A stretch of DNA of 64,000 nt, taken from Octopus vulgaris (taxonomy: Eukaryota). The notes under the pieces are model-generated. The model did not search any database. It had not been told where the DNA came from and saw only the letters and a list, made by a program, of their open reading frames with translations. The DNA lies in assembly GCA_951406725.2 (NCBI GenBank), contig OX597815.1, positions 29,946,001 to 30,010,000 on the forward strand. Direction: 5' to 3'. The position numbers and the translations under genes were made by a program. Below are positions 38,351 to 52,654 of the stretch, piece by piece (positions within the stretch are counted from its first letter, which is position 1; each line of letters begins with the position of its first letter).

Positions 38351-39316
38351 TTACTTTACTTCAATTCAAATACAAACATCATTTAATAAAACTTTCTAAC
38401 TCGCTACATTATGAAGATACTGGTACAGACTATGGGTTAGTTATATCCGCGTTATCATCATATCTGCCAAATGTCAGAAAGAGTTTTCGTCTCATCTCGT
38501 ACTTTTTCCTAATTTTCATTCACCGAGGTTTTGTTGCAATTAGTTTGTTTCGATTTATTGAGAAAAGAAGTTATCACCTTCTGCTCGTCTTCTGTAGATG
38601 TGAGCATTCCCTCTTGCTTTGCCTCTTCAAGATCCAGGTATTTTTTTTCAAGATTTAAACTTTTTCCCCGCATTCAGTCAGCACTTGTTGTTTTAGAGCG
38701 TATACCATTTGAAATAAGGATCGATGAATTCAGCGTATAACATAGCCCAAATAATTTATAGTACACCTCACCTTATCGTAGTGCTTCGTCGATTACCTTC
38801 GAAATCGAAACAAGGCGTAAAGTTTATCCATACTAGCGCGGAATCTTTCTACAAACGGACTGGGAAAGACTTATGAAACATACCCCATGTTTATCCATCG
38901 TCGGACAAGCTAATGAAAGAATGCTTACATTATCATTTGATTAGCTAGAAATTTTGACAAACTCTTTCACAAATCAGACGCAAACACTTCAAAAGATGGA
39001 CACCTCAGACGATATATTTCTAGATAAACTGTCTAAATATAGAGGGAAGAACAGCTTAAGCTTCAAGCTACAACTCCTTCAATCATAAGTCTGCTGGACC
39101 AAGAATGACTGGGACAAAACAAGAATAAACTGCTACGTCAACAACCTACCACAGAGATAAATACAACTACGACAGCTTCAACCTGTCCAACATAATATTG
39201 GCTTTCATACAGGACGGACGTTTCTGCAAAATATTGAATAAACGGTTGAGAACGTTTTTCATCAATTCAACATCTGTTGATGTGTTAAATGCGTATCACA
39301 TTCTGTATTTATATAT

Positions 39317-39414
<98 letters not shown>

Positions 39415-39435
39415 GCATGTATGTGTGTATATATA

Positions 39436-39513
<78 letters not shown>

Positions 39514-39626
39514 TATGCATATATATACATACATACGTATATATGCATATATGTATATATATATATATGCATATATATGCATATATATACATATATATAT
39601 ATATACATATATACACATATATATGC

Positions 39627-39661
<35 letters not shown>

Positions 39662-40119
39662 TATGCATATATATATATATATATATATAAAGTAAAATCA
39701 AATAAAAAAAGTGTAGGACGAGTGGCATCTTTGATTAATTTGAATTCTTGAAATTCTGTTTTGAACACAGCCCGTCATTGTTTCAGAACTTATATGAACC
39801 CTATTCGCCTTCAGTATTTGCAGCCATGGTGTAATATTGTAAGCATATACATACAAATACACACCCACATGCACACACATACATGTAGACATAACAGTAT
39901 ATATTACATTATGTTATATCACATTAAAATATATTTAAGTGCTGACATGGCTGTTTGCACCAAGAATTTCCTTCGCAACTATGCATTCACGGGTTCAGTC
40001 TCACTGCATGCTATTTTGGAGAAGTACATATGCTCTGGCCACTGTTATCTTCATAATTAAAGGAAACTACACTACTCACACATACATACGTACATACATA
40101 CATATATCTATATGTATAA

Positions 40120-40175
<56 letters not shown>

Positions 40176-40563
40176 GAAATATGTTACGAAAAGAAAATAT
40201 AAAATACACGTGGAAATGTAAGGGTAAAATATGAAAAGTCAACGAGAATGCATATTGCAAATAGAAAAAGGCTGTTTATGACAAGTAGTGACATATATAT
40301 ACATTTAGATTGACTGAGGTAGTAATACGAGTCATAAAGGTCATTATTATGAGATGATTATAAGATGATAATAAAGTAAGAGAACAAAACGAACCAGTGG
40401 TTTACGCGAAGGCTATTCATCGTTTGAACAACACTGGTTAATATATATATATATATATATATATATGCATAAATATGTATATATATATATCTATATATAT
40501 GTCTATATATGTATGTGTATATATGTATGTATATATATATACATATATATCTATATCTATATC

Positions 40564-40605
<42 letters not shown>

Positions 40606-41301
40606 CATACGCACATGCGTACGTATGTACATACACACATACATACACACATACATACATACATACATACATACACACATACATACATACATACGCACAT
40701 ACATACATACGCACATACATACATACGTACGCACAATAGTAAAACAATAGTTCTGTGATATAGAGATAAAGATCTGATAATAGATTTTAGGGTATAGTTT
40801 TGGGAGTAAGCATCGTAAATCACTTTCTAGCTTCGGCCGTAGGAAGTTGAAATTTGATAGCAGGTTTATAGCTTTATGTTTTATAGAGTGTATGTGCGTG
40901 CATATACACACACATACATACATACATACATACATACATACATACATACATACATACATACATACATACATACATACATACATACATGCATACACAGGCG
41001 TATGTACGTACATGCATACGTATATACATACACACATGTATGCATACATACACACATACATACGTACATATATATGACGAACTAACTGTTACTTTCTTAG
41101 ATGCAGCACAGACTTTGTCAGTGAACAGGTCGCGGAATTTAGCGACGAAAATATTTTGACAAGTTAAACTTAAATGTTGAAGTGAATCGAACGGCTTTTG
41201 TGTGTTTCTTAAATGGCTTATAAACACCTTCCACGCTGCAATTGTTTTCGTTTCAGCACACGATCTCAGATCAAATTACTTGCTATGCGAGTACATCTCC
41301 G

Positions 41302-41361
<60 letters not shown>

Positions 41362-41638
41362 ACAATTGAGGGTAAAATTAATTAATTAATCAATTTCACC
41401 AAGTGTTCAGTATGTAAAAGGACCATTTAAGGCGAATTCAAAATATTACATTATATAATTAGGGCTTAGTAAAATAAATTACTTTGCCACATACTGAACT
41501 TAGTAGAAATAGCAGCCAAAAAACATTTTCTTAGCATTTCTACTACTTAAAGAAAATTTCTCTCAGATAATGTTTACTCCAGACAGCTTACGAAGGTTTG
41601 GGGGTAAATACAAAAAAATATCACAAGTACATAGATCG

Positions 41639-41701
41639 TTTGAGTACGTCAACGTTTCAAGATTAGCCAAATAAAATCAGCATTTCTTTCGTCAGCTCAA
41701 A
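41639..41701 (-). ncRNA. Type I hammerhead ribozyme
   Basis: Reverse complement of the copy at 42091-42153. Confidence 0.8.
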
Positions 41702-42090
41702 ATTTCTTAATTTGGATTTGGAAACACTAAAAAGAAGGAACTTTACCTATCAGCGAACTTGTCGCTTCAGATGAACCACTCCAACTAAACAGTGTCAACA
41801 AATTCAAAATGCGCAGGCGTAAAATTCTGCACTCCCCATTCCACCCACGTGGTCTATCTAGCAAACATCATATTTTAACCGCGAGAAACGAGGCAGTATG
41901 ACCGAGAGAAATGAATTATAATATCAACAATTGAGGGTAAAATTAATTAATTAATCAATTTCACCAAGTGTTCAGTATGTAAAAGGACCATTTAAGGCGA
42001 ATTCAAAATATTACATTATATAATTAGGGCTTAGTAAAATAAATTACTTTGCCACATACTGAACTTAGTAGAAATAGCAGCCAAAGACAT

Positions 42091-42153
42091 TTTGAGCTGA
42101 CGAAAGAAATGCTGATTTTATTTGGCTAATCTTGAAACGTTGACGTACTCAAA
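42091..42153 (+). ncRNA. Type I hammerhead ribozyme
   Basis: UUUGAG-CUGACGA-AAGA...UCUU-GAA-ACG(UUGA)CGU-A-CUCAAA: stem I 6 bp, intact core, stem II, stem III with tetraloop, GUA cleavage triplet (after 42147). Confidence 0.8.
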
Positions 42154-42954
42154 CGATCTATGTACTTGTGATATTTTTCTGTATTTACCCCCAAACCTTC
42201 GTGAGCTGTCTGGAGTAAACATTATCTGAGAGAAATTTTCTTTAAGTAGTAGAAATGCTAAGAAAATGTTTTTTTGCTGCTATTTCTACTAAGTTCAGTA
42301 TGTGGCAAAGTAATTTATTTTACTAAGCCCTAATTATATAATTATATATATGTACATATATATGTCTGTATATATGTATGTGTATGTATATATATATATA
42401 TTTATATATATATGTACATATATATCTATATCTATATCTAAGTATGTATATATATATATATATATATAGCTTGATACAATCGTAATGGTTTCTTCAATCA
42501 TTAAAACATCTTTTGTCATGGCGAAAAACAACATCAACAACAGCAACAATGACGACGACGATGACACGATGATGACAACAACAACAAGCGTTCCGACGAC
42601 GATGATGTCATGTTACCAAATAGGACAATGATTAGGATGATAATGATTGATGTGAAAGATTATGGCCTAAAATGATGATGATAATGATGGTGAGGTTGAC
42701 GATGATAAAAATATTAGTAAAGACAAGGAAATTACTATGAAGGAAATGTATTTATAATGGTTAATAACTTTCAGTTTATAGACAGCTACGTTTTTAAAAG
42801 GATTTTTTTTTTATGTGACGATTTATCCATCGAGAAGAAAGAGAAAAGGAAAAGTAAAATGGAAAACAAATATAATACAAAGTACTGCACAAACAACACA
42901 CAAACAACCAAGAAAAACAAACTAGGAATACATAGCGATAAAGTATAAGAAAAT

Positions 42955-42961
42955 AATAATG

Positions 42962-43057
<96 letters not shown>

Positions 43058-43059
43058 GT

Positions 43060-43136
<77 letters not shown>

Positions 43137-43146
43137 TAATAATAAC
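42955..43146. repeat. (ATA)n microsatellite
   Basis: Direct reading. Confidence 0.97.
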
Positions 43147-44092
43147 AAACGAGTGAGAGATTTGTTTCTCTGGGGACTATTATGCAAAACTTGTACATGA
43201 TTCATAAGGTCCATCATTTTAGGATATATTTTAATATTTTATAAATGTTAATCTTCCATCAACGTTAGACAGAAAACTGTTTCTGTTTAGCTATTTGGAA
43301 GAAGAGAATAAAAAGTGTCGTTACTATCATTATTATTATTTTATTATTAATTTCTTATTTATTTACAGCAGGCTTGTTTTTTAAACGTGGTTTTACAGCA
43401 TAACTAAACACAGCTATGCGAGTCTTGGTTACGTTGCTGTTTTGTTGATGTTGTTGTACATTATGCACTCTCTACATAATATGTGTATAGCACCATTTTC
43501 TCTCTGTGAAGTTTTGGTTATGTGTTTATATGTATATTCTTAAAATATTTTCAAAGCACTTAATATTTAAGGACTATTTTTGATTTTGAACTCCATATTC
43601 TGCTTGTCTTTATTTCAATATCTTTATAGTGGAGTAATTTCTAAGTTTCTTCGTGATATAAATTAACGCCTGCTGTGAGTGATACACTAATCACGAAGCA
43701 GTTCACATCTTGATAATCCTTAACTTTATATATCATGTCTGTGTATATTGGCATATCCCCGGTTACAAGCATTTAAACACTATAAACAAATCATCTGATC
43801 ACCTATGCTTGTTGTTCAGCAAGGAATTATGGAATCGTCTTTCTCAGACTCGAGAAATTACCAAGAATACGTACCCCAGTGTACGGTTTTCTAATTCTAT
43901 GAGCCAATATCTGGTGAGTATTTATACCATTTTTGTCTGCTCTAATTAATAACGGTGTTCTAATTTTTATTGTATGAAAACACCAGCTCCACCTTTACAT
44001 GTATCATATTTTGGCCAGTACTTAACTAGAAACACAGTAATTATTGGCATTATTAAATCTCAGAATGAGATTGAAACAGTAATCGCTCGATA

Positions 44093-44389
44093 ATGTAAAG
44101 TATAGAAGCCATCTTAACATGGCTAACCACATAGGGGAGGGGGTGTTACTGTAGCTTTATAGCCCCAGGAGATCGTCGTCTCCAGCTGGCTTTAGACACC
44201 ATTTCAGTGTTCTTGAAGTATTTGCAAGGCTTGCGAGGAAGGGATGGCCTCCCTTTGCAAATACTTCAAGGGCACTGAAATGGTGTCTAAAGCCAGCTGT
44301 AGACGACGATCTCCTGATGCTATAAAGCTACAGTAACACCCCCTCCCCTATGTGGTTAGCCATGTTAAGATGGCTTCTTTACTTTACAT
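44093..44389. repeat. Long fold-back inverted repeat (~135-bp arms, ~20-nt loop)
   Basis: ATGTAAAGTATAGAAGCCATCTTAACATGGCTAACC...TTTGCAAGG / CCTTTGCAAA...GGTTAGCCATGTTAAGATGGCTTCTTTACTTTACAT, with few mismatches. Confidence 0.95.
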
Positions 44390-44847
44390 CACAGCAATTA
44401 TTTGTTTCTACCTAACCTCTATATATTCTGCTTTTATATATGGTATTCCACGTCAAGACATATTTCCGATGTTTTCTGGTGGGATCAATTTTATCATGTA
44501 TCGTAGTATAAAATTTTTCGGTGGTGACGTTCTGCTCTGTGCTTCTCAGCTAGTTAAGTATTGTAACTTTTTCTTTAGTCACTTCACCTTCGAACTGTAT
44601 TGGCCGCGTACGGATTTCTCTTGGCGACTATTCGGTATAAGAGTCACGTTCCCAGCTAAGTTTTAATTCCCTTTGTAACAAATCCCGTTGTTGCTTCTTC
44701 GTAATCATTCTATTGGCCTATTACTTGCATCTGTTTTATACTTTGATGGCTTTCTTCAATGTAGATACCGTTTTATTTGAGTTCAAATTCTGTCGAGGTC
44801 ATATTCGACACATTTCGACATTAATTGAAAAGATCTATCAAAGGCGT

Positions 44848-44937
44848 TCTTCTTCTTCTTCTTCTTCTTCTTCTTCTTCTTCTTCTTCTTCTTCTTCTTC
44901 TTCTTCTTCTTCTTCTTCTTCTCCTCCTCCTCCCCTT

Positions 44938-45022
<85 letters not shown>

Positions 45023-45058
45023 CACCACCACCACCACCACCACCACCACCACCACCAC
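44848..45058. repeat. Compound trinucleotide array (TCT)n(CCT)n(ACT)n(ACC)n
   Basis: Direct reading. Confidence 0.97.
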
Positions 45059-45128
45059 TTCTGTTGCGTTTCGTCAACGTCATATCCTTTTAGTACATAA
45101 ACAAATATTCTTTAAGAAACATCAGTTC

Positions 45129-45210
<82 letters not shown>

Positions 45211-45248
45211 GTCTGTCTGTCTGTCTGTCTATCTGCCTGTCTGTCTGC

Positions 45249-45335
<87 letters not shown>

Positions 45336-45679
45336 GCTTTCATTCATTTATTTATTCATTCTTTATTTTCTCACAAATTGGATCAAACAGAGGCCTTGTG
45401 GCTAAGATAAACTGGACTCGGAAAGGCGTTGGTTGCCAGATTCTGGTCACATAGGTCCACTGGTATTTGGATATTCCCTGGTGTCAGGTGAACCAGTGCA
45501 CTTGCCAAAGGTTTAAGTAAGTCATGTGCCGCAAGTGTTAGCTCAGGATAGCAAGAGACTAGCAAAATAAACTATAAATTAGCCTTCTCAACAAAATATC
45601 ACGTCTTTAGACTTTAATAGATAGGTCCATGATCAGTGAAGTCTGTAGCCATAGCACACGAGGAAACAGAGAGAGATAG

Positions 45680-45758
<79 letters not shown>

Positions 45759-46977
45759 CGGGGAGACAGAAGAGAGCAGACAGGAAGAGACGAGAGGAAA
45801 TGAATTGTATAGCTACTTGTGAGACAAGTTGCAGTTGTCTGTATATATGTATATATTAGTTTATACAAGAACTATATCAGAAAATGTTTTCTTTCCCATA
45901 TAGATATTTTGTTTTAGTAGTGTGATATATTTTGACAAATTTTTACCGCATGATCTTTAAGGCATTCAGTCAGTATATTAGATTCTGGAAGTTTATTAAA
46001 ATCTTAATCTAAAAGGATATTTAGTCAATCCGATATAATCTTAAGAAACTAAATCATTAATGTAAATGCCTTCCCGCAATAAACGATCAACTTCGAAAGA
46101 CAAATTACTTAATGGATATTTTCTATCATTAAAACAAATTTCAAAAACGGAAAGACTTTGATGTTGGTAGCTGTCTAAAATTCCAACTATTATATGTAAC
46201 TATGTAGCAAAATTTTGTGTGTAACTAAAATTTAATTTAACATTATCCCTATTAAAACACCTTATAAAATCTAAGGATTTTTGGTGAATATTTATTTGAT
46301 AAAAGAAGGAAGTGTTTACCGATACGAGGACGTACATTAAAGCTAAATGAAACCTTAAACCAAATAATATTGCAATTTTTACTTTTCTGTGGCTGAAAAT
46401 ATATATTATTAGTTATATAGATAAAATTATCTTTAAAGCCATTACCTTTTAACTCTTCATTATAATGTTAGACTTATCCAACAGTTGAGTATTAATAAGT
46501 TACTTATCTTAATATGAAACACGATTTAAAATATATTTTCTAGTAGAATATAAAATATATGAACAACAAGATAAAACATTTCAGCAAAATCTAGTCTACT
46601 TATTATCATACCAACAAAATTGGCACCATTCATCTTAACATCGAGAGTTATCAAAAGAGAGCAATGATTTTATGACTTGACAAAAAACAAAAAAAATTAA
46701 TTGTCTTTCTTTTAATGTCAGGAGGAAAGAGAGTAACCAAAACTCTTCATAGGGCACCTGAGGCTTGTTGGAGGGAAGAAACCAGAAACCTGTTTAGAAT
46801 GGTTTCAGCAGAATGGACTCTGCTAGAGACATAAGGGTCCCAGGTGGTGAGGTTAAACCGAATGATGGATTGAGATTACTACCCATGTATATACATAACT
46901 GTACATATATGTATGTATATGATATGTACAGTATAAGTATGCATATATCTACATCTACATCTATATATGTCTTTCTG

Positions 46978-47040
<63 letters not shown>

Positions 47041-47124
47041 GTCTGTCTGTCTGTCTGTCTGTATAAGTGTGTGTACACACACACGCAGACATACATACGT
47101 ACGTACATACATACATGCATACAT

Positions 47125-47676
47125 GGTGGCTGCCCCCTCGTTATCGAGTATGGCCATTGCACGAAGCTTAATCAATGTTGTTATCGTGCAATGGCTGTGC
47201 AAGAAGATTTTTTTTAAAGTGAGGAAAGGCTGTGCACTGAGTCAATCCCACTCACTAAGCAACAGCAGCCATAATCCGAAAAGAAGAACAAGTCAACATC
47301 ATCGGTAACCACTGAGCCGCAGGTTTTATGCCGGAGTTATCCCAGTTACCTGAGTTACCTTCTCCTAGAAGGATGCCCTAACAAAGGCTAGGAATCCTTC
47401 ACTCCCAATGGTTTAACCGCGCGATCGGGTATTCAGTCCGTTTATTTCTATGTCCCCGCGCATGATACAACCTTAAGACATTTATTAGATGGCCGTTGAC
47501 TCACAAGAGTTCCTCCGCCCTTTGACTGGTTTTGTTTTTCATCCCGCAGGGTGTCCAATAAACACTCTCCTCACCAAGCAAGCTTGGTGGAGTTGCCGGT
47601 TTAGTCGCCGACGACCCGACCATGTAACAGCTTGTACTGGGCTACATGTTACCAGTAGCACTCGAAAGTGACCTGA
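47125..47676 (-). mobile_element. Non-autonomous RTE-like element (5'UTR joined to 3' end) within ATAC arrays
   Basis: GC-balanced ~550-bp unit between (ATAC)n arrays. Its 5' part has an HDV-like fold remnant. The RTE assignment is from recalled 5'UTR similarity only. Confidence 0.5.
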
Positions 47677-47677
47677 C

Positions 47678-47708
<31 letters not shown>

Positions 47709-47744
47709 TGTATGTATGTATGTATGTATGTATGTATGTATGTA

Positions 47745-47905
47745 TTTATGTTAACATCCGCTGGGCAGCTAATTTCCATAACTGTGCACAGTTTCTCTTC
47801 TCTATCCCAAATCATTATATCAGGTATGTTGTGCTTACATTTTATTGAGGTCTTCATTGGTACATTCCACCAGTATTCTTTTTTATTATGAGTGGCTATA
47901 GCTTA
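47745..47905 (-). mobile_element. R4/Dong-like LINE endonuclease fragment
   Basis: KHNIPDIMIWDREEKLCTVMEISCPADVNI. Confidence 0.8.
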
Positions 47906-48608
47906 TGTATGTATGTCAACATACATACATACATACATACATACATACATACATACATACATACATACATACATACATAAGCCATAGCACTCATAGCAAA
48001 AAGGAATACTGGTGGAATGTATCCGAACGGGATTTGAACTTAAACATAAAGGGTCGGAACCAAAGCCAGTAGACATCCGGTCCACTCTTATTACTCTTCC
48101 GTCGACACAACGTCTCGGACTGGCACATTTAATTGAGAAAGGATTAAATGCCAAGCTAACCACTCATAGGTTAGAGAGTCGGAACAAATACCGCTAGACA
48201 TTCTGTTTGGCGCATTAACAATTACTAGTGCGCTGTTGAAGAATCGGTCAGCATGAAACTTAGAGTTGCGATTTGTGGAGTTTGAACTTCAAAGAAGTTA
48301 TATTGCATTACTACAATCCATCATTGTACTTATCTCATTGTACTCTCAATTGATTAGTTCCGTACGTATATTCTTCGTATACTGATACATGACATATATA
48401 TATATATATACATGTATATATAAGCATGCATACACACACAACACGCGCTCGCGCGCACACACAAATTGTTTAATCAATGCTGTGTCTTCATCCAATATCC
48501 ACTCAGTGTTTTTGTATAAGGAACTGGCAAAACTTCGGGAGAAACACCGTGGTAACAGGGAAAATAAACTATATATACATACACATATATACACACACAC
48601 ACATACAA

Positions 48609-48641
<33 letters not shown>

Positions 48642-48767
48642 TACATATATATACATATAAATACATATACATATATGTGCGTGTGTGTGTGCGTGTCTGT
48701 GCGTGTCTGTACGTGTGTGTGCGTATGTGTGCCTTACATGTACTCCCATATAAATGTATGTATATAT

Positions 48768-49140
48768 AATGATTTGGGATAGAGAAGAGAAACTGCACAA
48801 TACTGGAAATTTGCTGCCCAGCAGATGTTAACATAAAGCTGAAGATCAGTGAAAAAGTGAACACGTATGTTGAACTATTGAGAAATCTGCCGTTACTCTA
48901 TCCATATTACAAGTTTAGATTTATACCTGTAATTATTGGGGCCCTGGGATATGTAACACACTGCCTAAATACCAAACTTGAGAAATTAGTCTTCTCAAAA
49001 CCAGAAAGGAGAAAGCTAACTCGAAGACTACAGATCCAATCCATCACTGCAACTGTAAAAATCTGTAAAACTTTCTAGAAGTTTATCATTGAAATATATA
49101 TGAGCATGTCTAGATATGAAACTATATGCATGAGAATACA
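48768..49140 (+). mobile_element. R4/Dong-like LINE 3' end with (ATAC)n tail
   Basis: MIWDREEK...EICCPADVNI...FIPVIIGALG; same family as 47745-47905. Confidence 0.85.
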
Positions 49141-49452
49141 TACAAATCCGCACATACATACCTACATACATACATACATACATACATACATACATACATA
49201 CATACATACATACATGCATACATACATACATACATACATACATACATACATACATACATACATACATACATACATACGTGCATACATACATACATACATA
49301 CATACATACATACATACATACATACATACAAACAGACAAAAATATCTTGTTGATATTGAAATTCCAATGAAGGAAACTTGGATCTGGTTTAGAAACCGGT
49401 TCTTCCTCTATTAGCAAGAAATCTTGCAATAAACTGAATAATGACATACATA

Positions 49453-49492
<40 letters not shown>

Positions 49493-49899
49493 GTAGTCAA
49501 GAAATCCAATGAAATGAATTTTGGAAATAGATTTGTATATGACTGTGTGTGTATATGTGTGTGTGCGCATGCGCGTGTGGATTTTTTTATGCTTTGTAAT
49601 ATTCCTTTTAAGAAGAGAAAAATTAAAATGTAGTTCCCTTTCGATGCCATAATTAAATACTTAAATTAGTCGCATTAAAGTGATATTATCTTCTTTAGAT
49701 ATCCATACGTTTATTGCGTCTATATACATGTACATATCAATTTTAACACATTTACCTAATCATATGTATACGCCTGTGTTTATATGTTACATGTCTGTAT
49801 GCATGCATAATTACATAGATACGAAAAATGCATATATATTTACTTACATGCATATACATACATATATTTACATATATATGTGTATATAAGTGTATACTT

Positions 49900-50115
49900 T
49901 TTTATTCTTTTATTCTTTCACTTGTTTGACTGGGGCCATGCTGGAGCTCTGCCTCGAAGTGCTTTAGTCGAACAAACCGTCCTCAGGAATTTTGTTAAGC
50001 CTAGTACTTATTCTATTTGTCTCTTTTGGTGAACTGCTAAGTTGCGTGGACGTCAAGACACCAAAACCGGTTGTGAAGTTGTGATGTGGGGTCAAAGACA
50101 CACAGGAACACATGC

Positions 50116-50166
<51 letters not shown>

Positions 50167-50349
50167 CACACACACTTAAACGACGGGCTTCTTTCAGTTT
50201 CCGTCTGCCAAATCAAGTATCAACTTACAAAGCCTCGGTTGGCCCGAGGCTAGAGTAGAAGACACTTGCTCAAACTGCCACGCAGTGGGAATGAACCCGA
50301 TCCATGTGGTTGGGAAGCAAGCTTCTCACAACACAGCCATGCCTGCGCC
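49900..50349 (-). mobile_element. tRNA-derived SINE with internal microsatellite and LINE-like tail
   Basis: Diverged reverse-complement copy of 50371-50782. Confidence 0.85.
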
Positions 50350-50370
50350 AATATATATATATATATATAT

Positions 50371-50927
<557 letters not shown>

Positions 50928-50934
50928 CACATAC

Positions 50935-50999
<65 letters not shown>

Positions 51000-51130
51000 C
51001 GTATATATGTATGTGGGTGTGTATATAAGCATATATACATAGTGCAGGTGTCCTTAATTATACAGTTAAAATATCTACCGATGCAAAAACTAAGCAAGAC
51101 CTTTGATTGCTTTGTATAGTCGAGAGTATG

Positions 51131-51162
<32 letters not shown>

Positions 51163-52654
51163 AAGAGAAAGGGAGAGAGAGAAAGAGAGAGAGAGAGAAA
51201 GATAAATATATATATGTGTGTGTTTACATATCTGTGTGTGTGTGTGTGTATGTGAATGTGTATCTGTGTATGTGCGTATATCCGTTGATATGTAAGAATA
51301 TTGCTTTGATTTGGTAGATGTGTTGGTTCCCAGTTTCTACACGTTCCCCATTAAAATTTCGATTTTATTAATGTTTGTGATACAATACTTATGCACACGT
51401 GTATGTATGCATATACTACACATATACATGCAAAGATATATAGAAATATGCGCACATCTCTACTTGTATACACAAACACACACACACACATTCACATACA
51501 CATTGTTTCAGACTGCGGTTGAACCAATCGCTTCAAATATCTCTCTCTTTCTCTCTCTTTCTCTCTTTCTCAGCACCTCATCAGAAGACTCATATTAAAT
51601 TACCAAATTGCAATTGGCTTTAAATAAGATATTCAATTAAGCAGAAAAAAAATAATGTGAAATAAAACAAAAAAACAAGAAAGTGTAACCAAGCTCTATC
51701 TAACTGGAATAGGCCGCTTTTGATGTTTGAGCAAAAACTCAAGATCACATTTAGATATTTCAAAGGGAAAAGTGTCATGTTACTTCGAGGCCGACTGTAG
51801 GTTTGTAATTAAAATCCTTAATAAGACCAAGTTGTACTTCGAAATTTAATTTTTATTGAAAAATTTATGGATTTATTGCAATAAAGTATTTCAAATATAT
51901 AGGTTAGTAAAGAGGTCTGTATACTACCTTCAAACGAAAAAGTGAAAACCAAAGTTGTGAAATATTGAATAAATCTGAATCGGTGTTAATTAGCCTAAGA
52001 TTTTAATGAGTTTGTATGCGCCATTTAAACTTATATTGTTTTTAATGCAGATATGATACTACTAACTGTTTGTTAAAATACCAGCCGAACATAAATTTTC
52101 TTATAATGGATATATCATAAATAAAAATATATCGTTTAAATGCTATATCATTCACAACGAATTAGTTCCAGTGTAGGTTACGGTACCGTAGTATCTATAG
52201 ATTAAGCTTAAACGTACGCAATGGAAACAGGAAATGTGACGACTGAAGCAAGACGCTTACTCAATAAACAATAAATTATACACCTGACCAGCTCTCTGAA
52301 AATATGTCTATGCAATATCTATGTATAGAAATATATTCTAATACTCATAATATCAGTCAGATAACTAGTAAATTACTACGGGTAAACTAAACTATGGTAC
52401 GGAAGCATATGTCTTACCTTCACGCCACGTCAGCTATAATTACTTGTTCCACTGTTATTTCTATATGTTTATCAATATATACGCTTCTTTCTCATTATTC
52501 AGACTTAAATTCTATCAATATACAAACTCAGGTAGCTATATAAATGTTATATTGAGTAGTTAGTATGGCATACGGGCAACGGATTGGTGCAATCGTAAGA
52601 TCATCTGGTAAATTGCTTCACGGTATTCCGTAAAGCAATTTACGGTATACCGTG

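Larger units (their letters stand above)
41357..42342. mobile_element. Non-coding retrozyme/Penelope-pLTR-like element with direct and inverted repeats
   Basis: 41357-41520 is repeated at 41922-42085 (period 565). 41450-41703 is repeated inverted at 42088-42342. TA arrays on both flanks. Confidence 0.8.

Noticed and set aside
39215-39830. Two hammerhead-like strings on the minus strand (~39215-39270, ~39770-39820)
   Set aside because: Core and stem mismatches are too many to support a call.
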